A DNA stretch of 60,000 nt from Lytechinus pictus. Its lineage: Eukaryota. The stretch spans positions 29,514,001 through 29,574,000 of the forward strand of contig NC_087245.1 in NCBI RefSeq assembly GCF_037042905.1, read 5' to 3'. A program made the translations under genes and the position numbers. Under the pieces are notes generated by a model. It ran no database searches. It was not told where the DNA came from and saw only the letters and a program-made list of their open reading frames with translations. Positions 38,401-50,400 of this stretch are shown piece by piece; within the stretch, counting starts at the first letter, position 1, and each line of letters begins with the position of its first letter.

Positions 38401-41400
38401 GTTTGTTTAAAAACTGTCACTGCATTTCAAACATGGTTCTACTCCAAGAGCGCATTTCATAAAACTTATATTATAATTAATAACAAATATGCAATATAGA
38501 GTTAAGAGCTACTTAAATCCTACTATCTGATTGGCTAATATTAAAATTGAGCAATGTTATTATGTCAAGTCTTCATCAAACAGGACTGAGGAACTTATCT
38601 ATAGCATCCGGGATCCCCAATTTTCCATTTTCTAAAACTGGCAAATTCTGTGTTTGAAATTGAAATTAAATTTTAATTTGTTCATTTATTTCTTAGTCAC
38701 TTAATTTAGCTGAAGTGGCTACCCCGGGTACACAAGACATCATTGTCAACATTGTAGAGGTGTTGTGACTCAGAGGATAAGTCACCCAAATTTTTAACCA
38801 CAAGGTCCAGGGTTCCAATTCCACCACAGCACTCACATTCTTTGTCTGGGCATTTATCTACATTTGCCACTCTCCACTCAGGTGTAGTAAATGGGGACCC
38901 AGTAGGAAATTATTTCTTTCACACTCAAGCAACCGATCAGAGTAGCAATGCTAGAGCCAAGTAATAGTTTGAAGTGATTAGAAACATTGTATTAAGCACC
39001 ATATAAATGCTGCAAATTATTATAATCATTATTATCAATCAGATAACGGCTACATTGGAATACAAAAGATGAAAGATAAGAATTTTATCAAACTGAATAC
39101 TCTTTCACTGCATCTTCCACAAAATTAAACTGCACTTCACGATTCTCCCTCATGTACAATGTAAATGCATACAAGTTACACACACAATCCACTATAAGGA
39201 ATAGAAATGGGAGGAAAAGCCGGAGGAAAAATTGAGCAGAATAAAATCAGAAAATCCAATCTGACAACTCCTATACTTGGATCATTACTTTCAAGGCATT
39301 GTCAGCTACATGTAGTACTCCCACATATGATCTCTTTTTCAATTTTAAGGAAAAACATACATCTGAGGAAATGCTAGTTTGTATAGAATTAGAAGCAGGA
39401 AACAGAGAGAGAGAGAAATGATAATCAATTATTCATACAGAAAAGAAGATCATGCATTCCTAATCAATTAATGACGTTGCTCAATAAAGGCAATTCTTCA
39501 AGTGGAAATCAATCATCGATTTACATTAAATGCTCTGCAATGGTAATGAAAATAGGAAAATGCAAAAATCTGCAATTGAGGTTGTGATTAAAATCCCCTA
39601 AAAATATGAGATAGGATTTTAAAGATTTTTTGTCATACTTTGATTATTTTTTATGAACATTTGCAAGCTCAGACGTTTGTATTCTTTTTTAAACATTCAA
39701 TAAAACATTTAAATAATTTACAATCCTTTTTAAAGAAATACAATTGATTATATAACTGGATAATCTGAAAGGCTATAACTATCTCAATCTACATCACTAA
39801 GACAAAATGCATTCTATTTTAAACATACTGACAAACCAATCTAAATTAAATAATTCTGACACTTTCCCTTAAAATCTACCAAATTTATAGTACTTGAGTA
39901 CTAACATTTTGCTTCCCAACAGAAAATTATACGTGTATTAGTTTTGCAGTAGGGATTGAAAAGTTGGCAATAGCCTCATTTTCGTTGTAGAGATTCATTT
40001 ATTACTTTCTATGCTATTAACATTTATGGCATCAGTGCATTTGAAACAAGGACACAAGCAAATCACTTCTGTATTATTTCCACGACCAGTTTCATAAAAC
40101 CAATAGGCATATTCAGAAACTAATATACATGTAAGCTATTCTCAGTTTTTCAAGATGTCTTTTTTTAAGAACTTGTTATATACAACATCATCCTAAAGAA
40201 GGATTTATCAACTACAGCTACATCATACAAAAAGGCTCCAATTCTCAATTTCTGATCTTTATTTCAAAGGAAACAATACTTCGCCATGTACATGAATCTG
40301 TTTGTGGCAAAGAGATTCATCTGACATGAACAAGTCAAACTCATTGGATGTCAGCTGCATTTACAACATGTAAATGAGGGATCATGTTTGAGCCTCTACA
40401 TCAAATGGGAACACAAAAATAGCAACATTATCTATTTATCTCTTTCATTTGGGTTCTCTGAAATGAGACCTAAATAATTCTTAAGCCCAAGAAACATTTT
40501 CCCTCACAGACATTGACCTTTTCATATAAATAAAAACACAGTTTGTAACATGATTTATAATGAAGCTCTAAAAACAACCAAATTTGGAATGAGATACACG
40601 AAAAGCGGGGGAGTTTTTTCATTGGATCCTTTGAAAAAAGCCCAAAATACTTGTGAGCTTTGCATGCGTTACTTGTGATAACATCACATTTTTTCAAATA
40701 ATTGGCACCGGCTGTGCTTGAAAGATACAAAAATGCATTTTCAATACATGAAACAGAAATGAAGGAATTCAAGCTTGGTTTTCCTCAAAGGATGTTCTTC
40801 TATTGGCAAGAACGTTTTCATCCTTGGATGAAATCAGTGCTGCAGGTCCTTCAATTCAAACAGCAAAAATTTATCAAACTTGTGCACCCATTTCAGCCAT
40901 GAATCATATCTAGAAAATATTGAGGCCACGTTGTCTTGAGAACTCGACGGCTGCGTTCTCATTGCTCTAAGCCTCCATTGACAGAGAGCATTTCCTCCCT
41001 GCATCTGGAGAAGCTGGCGGAGGAGGAAGTCTGCGCAGGGGCCGTTCGTTAGCGCCGCACAAACTTGGGATGCGGCCCACTACGTGTCAGCCAAAATTAC
41101 CTTCCGCGATCTAATAAGACCCTCACTGCACCAACCGGGAAAGCCGACGTGCAGTGAGTATTTTTAGCCCAGAAATGTTCTCCAGGCCACGGAACGCAGG
41201 AAGGGGGAGATATACTCCGAATAGTGTCGAGTCAAAATCCTCTGAAAAACACATCTCTCTCCTCTCCCTTGGATTTGGAACTCACCGAGCAGTGTTCAGT
41301 ATTATTTATACCTTGCCCTAGATAAATTTCATTTATTAAAGGAGATCTGTTGGCTCCTTTCTTCCCCAGACAATAAAATATTACCGTTCCTAAATATTAG

Positions 41401-44400
41401 TTTTCCAACAGGTTGCATTGCGATATTTTTTTTGTTTTTCCTTGTAAAAACAATAAAGAGATAGAAAAAGCTTTCTCTTTACTTCTAAGATAGATTTACA
41501 TTTTTTATTGTTTAAAAAATGTTTGCTTTTAACAGGTCAAAAGATATTAAAAATCAGTGCTTTATATTCCTTAAGGAATCTCATTTTGACCTTACATAAG
41601 GGATAGTTGTAATTGCATGTTTATTGTTTTGTATTCTAATCACTTGTCATATATAAAAAGTAGAAACCAACAACAAGAAATATTGGCAAAGATCAATTAT
41701 AACTCTAAAGACACCGGTACGTAAGATTTCTTTAACATCCTCTCCAGAATGAAAAGTGAAACTTGAGGGAATGGAGTGTTTTCAAGTAGTTTGAAACTCC
41801 TTAAATCACATCCATGTTTACAGAATACAAGAGTTGACCCAATCTTGAATTCTTATATATAGATATACAGGGTATCCCACAAAAAAAGGAAACCCATCTT
41901 TAGAAAGATAGCACAATCATAAATTTAGCGATAGTAAGAATGGAATTTGAGACCAAATAGTAAAATACTGAATTATTCAGACACTGTGGAGTAAGGCCGT
42001 GTTTATGCTTCCACTTTTCAGGCCAGAATCAGCGTTTTCATACGTGATTAGTCCAAAACACGGTTGCGTCCATGCTTACTTTCATTTTAAACGACGTTTC
42101 AGAACGCCGATCGTGAACTTACAAAAAGGTGCATTTCTAAACGTCGTTTGACCAGAATCAGGCTTTCTGGGGAAGTATAAACAGGACCGCGATCGTAAAC
42201 GTGTTTAAATGACGTCATTTGGTACATGCTTCCGGTGAGATAAAAATCTGCAGGCAAATACAGTCGCATGGTTTTAACAGGGGTTTACCTCCATGGAATT
42301 ACCTCTCATCTCTCTCTGATTCTATTAGTGATCAATGTACATTGCATGTATGATGATTACGTTAAGTACATGTACTATCACTATTACTGTTCCTCTAATT
42401 TAGATTTACAAAAAAAAACGAAACATGAGTTATGATGAGGAGACATCGCTGAGCAAAAGGCTCCAGTAGCATAAACAAATGTCTCATTATTTTCTTATGT
42501 AATATACTTTAATCTTCTTTATTTTATCTTACTATTATCCTCACCATGGTGAAAATTCTATAGCTATGTCAAGTAGCTCTGTCCATGCAATTACTTAAAG
42601 ATCGAAAATTGTTTGAAGTTAAAATAATAGTGGACCATAACTACACTACACTGTAGGAAAAAAACCTTTCGAAAAAGGGTGCGCCCAATTTGACCTTGCT
42701 TTCCTGCTCAACGAAAATTACGATGAGAAGCCAGCTGCAGATCGCGATTTCGCCTCTGATAAATTAAGCATAAACAGCACCTCCAGAACCACGTTTGCGA
42801 TCGGTGTTCTGAAACAACGTTTGAAAACGCTGATTTTGTCTACGCAGTGGAAGCATAAACACACCCCAAAAACGATAAATACTGAGGAATGGCAAAAACA
42901 ATTCATGCTGACTCTCACATTTGAATTTCAATCCAAACTCATTTAGATGAGTGAAAGATAGTTTATGGAAGAAAACAAAAGATATTCTAATGAGCCATCC
43001 CATTCTAACGCAAGGTCATCCCATCCTTAACAAATCTCGACTCATTTTTCTGCACAACTCGGTTTTGACATTAAATTTTCAAACTCTTCTTGGTCATCTG
43101 CATAACATTATATCATATGCAGCATCAAATGAAGACAAAAAACTTTATTTAATGTTTATGAAAGACCATCTAGCTATGGAAATCCTGGTTTCCTTTTTTT
43201 GTGAGACACATTGTAGTGTTTTGAAACCAAATGAAATGTACGTACATGCTTGAGAAGGCATCAGAAAATGTACCAGGAAAGGGACAAATCAAAATGACCA
43301 TTTTCGAAATGTAAATTACTGATCTCAAGCAGGGAAAAAGCAGGGAAAAAGCATGGAAAAATCAAGCACAAATATATGGAGAATATCATCCATAAAATTC
43401 CATATACCCAATGTCACATTTCTATGAATTAGTTTGCTGAAATAAAGGGCTGAATTGTTCAGGCCTACACATTCCAATTCACATTGTTTACACATAAAAA
43501 CTATTAAATATTAACAATAACAATATAATAACAACACCAAATAGTAATTATATTGACTAACAACAAGGCTATAACAATCTAGGTCAAAAATCATGATTTT
43601 GTTGCAATGTGAACTCATTTGGCAAATGTCTCAATCATGACTTTCCCCCTCCCTTTTGTCACTGGACAGGAGCATCCTGAAAAGGTTATTGACCACAGGA
43701 TGCTAGTCTACAAATCTAGACCTTACTGTTAGAGGATAACTTGAATATGTTGTTGGATTATCTACTTAAATAAAGCGGCAATATTGACCTACTTCTAATT
43801 TCTTTTCCACCCCCTTCTCACTTCTTTTTTTTCTCCCTCATTCCTCCCCCCTCCTGTTTGTTTGCTCCAGTGTAAAATTATTTCCTTCCTCATACTTTAT
43901 TTTCTTTATTTCTTTTTTATAGAACTCTCATCAACTTAAAGTGATTGGTTAACATTGGTTTGACTTTAAAAAATCTGAGCTCGAAGGTCACGCTTGTCAC
44001 CTGAGTCTGTGATATGTTACAAAAATGAAGCCCAGAAAAAATTGCGTTCGAAAACAATTATTTAGTGCTTCAAAAATTGAAATATAAAGTGACAGAAAAC
44101 ACCATCTTAATTTCATCCCATACACTTATGTGTACTATTTAGGCGTCTTTAAGACGCCTATTTACAAAATCTGGGTTTGCCTTGTAGTTTTAGCTTTTCA
44201 TTCTCAATAATGGTTGTTTTCAGGGTTTATTAGTTCTAATACATGCACTTGTACAAATGTTTCATCTTGGTTTGAGAATTTTTAAATCGGCTGCTCACAA
44301 AGTTAAACAATACCTTTAATTTCTTACACCCATAAGTCCATACTCACAAATATTTACCGACATCTAAAACTCTCTCCAATTTCTTTGTCTCATCTTTTAC

Positions 44401-47400
44401 ATATATTGCTTCAACAAATTATAAAGTTTTCCTTCAATGTTTTCATATTTACAACTTTGTGAAGGTTACAAATTGGATGTTTCTTGTATTGCTCTGTTTT
44501 GGTGTGAATTCTTTGTCTTTTAGACTGCCCTTTTTATCACTATACATGCTGATGCTCAGGAAAACAATAAGACATAGAAGATTTTGATGAATTATAAATA
44601 TTCTGATTCTGACAGTATATTGAATGTTAATCAATGTCTGTATTGATAGACTACACTTTGCCATCTCACTCCAATGCTCAGATAAAAAGCAGTCTTCAAC
44701 AACTGGTCAGCATAGACTTCCTGTCACATCAAGAACCAAGGATCGTGTACAAATTCAGGTTTTTGATTGATAAAAGATTACAATTCCATTTTTCATACCA
44801 CCGCTGTGATTGAAGACAATTTCCTAGGTTGGCATCTTCAATGAATGATGGAAGGATTTCCAACTTCTGAATTAATTAACTACTGAGTCGATGCTGGACT
44901 TACATGTACCAATATCTCTTATATGTTTTATGGCACTTGCCAAATGTCAAGAGTAAGAGTCTTTGAATAAAACATCGGGAAACAGGATATAAAATGTAAT
45001 AGAAAATCAAGACAAAAGCAACTAGTGGATGTTCTAAATAACACCTAGCAATGCATTCTGGCATGCAGCTTCTTTGCAAAGATCGGAATTCTGATTCACC
45101 TCTGACGATTCAATTTTACAAAAATCTTTTCAATTTCTCAAGTAGAAATTAGATTGCATATTTTACCCTCTCTCTTCCTCCTTCAATCAATGTCGTTTGC
45201 TTTGTTCTTCCCACTCATTCCCTCTTGATACATCTGCTGGCATTTGTTTAAGGACTCCAGAAAGCTGTGACGTTTTCTCAGACCAGAGGATGTGCACAGA
45301 GTTTGATATAATTGTGATTACTTTACAGCCATAATACACATGAAAAACTAATGCAATGCTCGACCTGAAGATCATCAATGAATACAAAGTAAATATCTGC
45401 ATACGAAAAAATATCTGCAATTTTGTACACATTTAAAAATTATTTCATGAATGATGAATCTTGAACATCAAAAACTGATATTCATTTCTGATAGATGACA
45501 TTAAAGGTATGCGGTACTTCAAAAGTGCATTTACCCTCTGCATCACATACAATCCCGTCTCTCTCTCTTTCTAATAATATAATACACTGTAATAATATTC
45601 CACTTTTTTATCAACTAATACCTTAGGGCAATGTCTCTAAGCGCTGTACAGATATATTTTTACCAAAGTCATCGGATCCTGGCATGCCTACATACAATGT
45701 ATGCACTTTCTCCACTCACTGGGGAGCATTCCAACAAAAGTTTAAAACTTGATTGCAATTCATACCACATAACTCACTGTAGACTTCCATTTCCTACTGG
45801 GTACCCATTTAGTACCTGGGTGGAGAGTGGCAAAGTGTGGATGCTAGGTCAAGAGGGATTCGATATCATTCGAACACACGACCCCCTGATTACAGGGCAA
45901 GAGTCAAAGTCGCTACACCACGACGCTTCCAGGCTGTCCCTCCGTCTCTCCTTCTCTCTCACTCTCTTTCTCTTTCTCCCTCTCTCCACCTTTCTTATCT
46001 GTCTGTCTGTCTCCCTATCTCTCCATCTCTCCCTCCCTGTTTGTCATCACCCCTTACCCTGGGGGGAAGCCCTACAGGTAATGTGTAACCTATTGCCCCA
46101 GGCCACAAACATATATATACACACATACTGGAACACCCAGCAACCATGTTATAGCAGACTCACTACATCTTTAGATGCCTTCATACCCACCCAGTTATAA
46201 GAATATATGAGAACATGTTCACGCCTCAAAATGGTAAATTGCAGATTGGTCTACACTCATTTTGTCTACTTTCCTTTTAGTCTCATCCCCCATTGTCTTA
46301 TCCTACTTTGTCTATACACCATCTAATTGTCACTAATAACAAATGCTTCAACATTTTGTCTAACTTCCCTTTCGATTTGGTCTTAAACCACTTAGGAGGT
46401 GTTGCAAGAAAATATTTGCAATCAATTGCAAATTTAAGTTGCAAGCTTACAAGTGATAAATAAATTTTCAATAAAACAAATCAATATATTTTTGTTGATA
46501 ATAATAACAACGCGCCTCGGAATATAATATTTCTAGATAGATGGCGCTATATAAATGCCTATTATTATTATTATTATGCAAGAAACAGATGAGTGATCAA
46601 TAGCAAATTTTGCAAATTAATTTCAACACTTATGATTGATTTTTAGATGTAAAATTGTCTTGCAATCGATTGCAGGTTTCTTGCAACACCCCATCAGTCT
46701 ACATGTACATGTATATGGTTAAATGACCAATTAATATACCGATTTTTTAATTCGAGATAGCAAAAGACATTGGGTGATTTCAAGTTCAGTGTTGACCTTT
46801 TGGTGTTGGTGTTAGGTCAATTTTTACACGAGTATATAAACACCTTAGACATAAAATGAAGGTGGTTCTGAAAAAGTCACTCACTAGTTGTTGAGGTGTC
46901 AATAATATGATCTAGATCAGTTTTACAAATTCAGAGTAAGTTTTGGAGCTAGGGGAAGCAATCAAAATTCCAACACCAACACAGGACTTGAAATCACCCA
47001 ATAGGTAGACAAATATGAAATTAGACGAACTGAGCATTTAAGTATTAAAATGAAAACTTAATAACTAAGTGGTATTCGGCACCAAGCGTGTGAAAATTAT
47101 ACATGACACACTAACCCAAACAAGGTAGGGACAAACTTCTACATTGTCTGGAATGCATTCATATTCATGATCATTGATCAACCATATGTATCAGGGTTTT
47201 TTTTTCCTTCATATGACAAGATAGGAAGTGATCTCCAACCTTTCAATGTTACTGGTGGTGCAGCTACTGCAATTTCCATGCACAGTATTGTCTTTGATAG
47301 TCAAAGACAGCTACCAGTATTCAAATATAGAAGAGTTTGCTGTGCAATATTTGCAAAGACAAATCTAAAATGAAGAACCATATTGTTTAGGATAGGGAGT

Positions 47401-50400
47401 CGCATAGACCTCACAATAAATCATAGATGCCTTTCCTACAGATTTTACTATTTGATGATTGTTGTGGTAATAATGACTATGATAAGGATGATGAGACTGA
47501 TGATGATGATTATTATTATGAACTATTATATTGAAAATAATAATGATGATGGTGATGACAAATACAGCAAAAATAAGACTTTTAAATCAGAGTTAAAACA
47601 ATTTTTTTGCTGATCATTTGAGATAATGAGAAGAATTTCCAGGGATTTTTTTTAAATAAAATTTACATTGGAGTGACTACAAAAACTCACTAATGGCATT
47701 GAACATAGTGATGATAATCATCATAATATTCATCATTACCACCACCATCATCATCACCAAAAAGCTGAAAAGGGGAGAAAAAAGACGAAATTTAATACAT
47801 TACAGGTTAAAGAAACAGTTTTGGGGAGCTGCCTAATGACCACAAAACAAGGGGAAAAAACTTTAGGGAGCGAGAGAGAAGAAGGTTAGTCCCATTACCT
47901 GTTGATAATTGAGATAACTGTTGACATTCTCTGTCACATACTCTATCTCTCCCTGGCTATTGACCACAAACAGGAATCCATCAAGTGTCTAAAATAAGAA
48001 GATGAAAAAAAAGAGGGACACTTTAAATTTCAGTTCAAAGAAATAGATCAGAATCACAGTATAAGAACTGAGGCATATTCTCAAAAAATTATCAGTGCAC
48101 CTCAGGAAAAGATAATGGAGCTTGATCAAACATAACTTCATTTTACAGTTGATATCAGAAGCTTGTACGACAGACTTCTCACGCACCTTCATTTATTAGT
48201 TGATCGAAAGCTAGCATTAGAGAATTACATAGGACTTTCAGGATTTGCCTTCAAATGCAGGTTTTGCACAACAGACATCCCAAGACACCAGGGGGCTCGT
48301 TGCAGAAAGAGTTGCATTTAAACGAAACTCAAAATATCAGGCGCAAGTCAGAAATACTGTTGGCTCAAAATCAAGGTGCGTTTTAATTTCTAAAGTTACG
48401 TTTGATTGCAGTTTATTCTGCAACAGGCCCCAGAGCAGCAGGGATCCCATTGCATAAAACCCTACCATTCAGGGTAACTTTACCATAATATAGCAGGCCC
48501 AATCGCTAATCAGAGTTTTCCCAAAACAAAAATGGAAATTAAAAAAATTCAGCAAATTTTGAGCTATCACCTGTACAAGAAAATATCAAAACAAATAGAT
48601 AAAAAAGATTTGACGAAATAAACATATGATCTGTCAATAATAACAGACCAGCTAAAAAATAGAATGAATGCTGACTTTCTTTTAACCCTTCTCGAAATTT
48701 GATAAGAATTTGCCCTCAGATGCTCATCAACAATAAGAATTTAAATCTAAAGAGATTAAAATTCAACTAGCTTATCAATGGGACTCAATATGATTGCAAA
48801 TCTGATTTGGCACCCATGAACGGTCATGCGTAACATAATGCATAAGTTACAAACATTTTTTGTGAAATCCTCCCCAGGTTTTGCTATCGTAACTAATACG
48901 TACCTCAAGTAAAACACTTCCCAGCGAGTCTCCGGAAGGAACCCCAGGTTTACTGGACGATACATGGCTGTGCTGTACCTCTTCACCATGTTCAGCATCT
49001 ACATGAACAAAGAAAACAAGAAAAGATATTGCTTTATTTTCAAAATACATATCTGTTTATTTACTCCATTCTTTCAGCAGAGAGCCTTAAACTATCAAAT
49101 GCCACTTGTTCACGAAATACAGAAATAACTTATAACGATGGCAGTTATGTTTTAAAAATGACGATGAGTCTATAACGAGTAGCCCAATTAAAAGTTAGCA
49201 GTATGAAGAACATTCAAGATACCTAATGTTGAAGGTGAATATAAAATGTTACTGAACCTATTAAAAACAATATGAGTTCACAATAGAAATCTACACCAAC
49301 ATTCAGCTGAACTTTTGAAGAAAGTTAATAGCAACAACTATAAACGTGGTTTTGAGAGGATGTTCAAATCAAATCTCAATACAGTACATGTGTCACAAAG
49401 AGTCTATGTCCATGTACACCAAGCTGTCTTTATCTTTAGCCTTGAAACAAGATGATACGATTCATTTGATCTCTAATCACATACCCTGTTGTTGCTTGAT
49501 GCGTTTAATCTGACTGAGCGTTTCTTGTAGGAGGGCGCACTTGTCCGGCTTCATATTCAGAGACTCTGGGTTGCTGAGGCTTGCCGTGATGAGCTCATAC
49601 AGCTCCTCGATGTATGAACTCCGCTTCTCGCATCGCCGCTTGTTTCCAGGAAATCTGTCACTGACCAAAAACGGACTCAACATCAAGATTCACTCCATGG
49701 TTTGAATATAAGTGTCTTTCTTCATCAACCGTATAAACCTTCAAATGCCACTTAGGATAATAAGGATATTAACATTATCAAACATCATAATCAGGATGTA
49801 TACGGCCTATACAGATCTGTGCCTATTGAACCTACTAATGGAGTTGGACACTGATTTTAATAATTAATAGTTATTTTCGACCTTCTCAGGTCCTGAAGCA
49901 GTTAGCTAGAATATCATAAAACATTCTCAAAATATATTTTGTTTTATGGTCTATTCTAAAACATTTACATCTTTACCTAAAAAATCAATAGAACACATGA
50001 ACAATGACAAATCTTCTCAAACTTTGTCCAACCAATTGTTGCTATGTTTAACACCCTCTTACAAAGAGTAAAGTTGGCTCTAACAGCTTAAGAGGACGAA
50101 TGGCGGTGATGGCATAGGCAAAAAGTAAAATCAATGAATTAGCACAACAGGTAGATACATCTAATTTTTGACATTAATTTTAATATTTTTACTCCAAGTA
50201 TTCAAATTAGAGGCAAAGTAGCTGTTTCACAGGGAGTGTTGCAAAAAAATATTTGCAATCAATTGCAAATTTCTCTTGCTAATCTACAATTGATTATGAT
50301 ATATCAATTTAAATCACAGGTATACTAAGTTGATTTTTATTATTTTATTATTAGTTGCAAGCAGACTACATGTAGCAATGAAGTTTGAATTTGCAATTAA

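Noticed and set aside
40925..41290. RNase P/MRP, telomerase RNA, 7SK, hammerhead or HDV-like ribozyme
   Set aside because: GGAAGTCTG resembles RNase P CR-I but no CR-V partner is nearby; no CTAACCC template, no paired GATC motifs, no CTGATGA core; an Infernal scan would settle it
45631..46200. 189-aa ORF
   Set aside because: Spans an antisense SINE and a (CT)n tract
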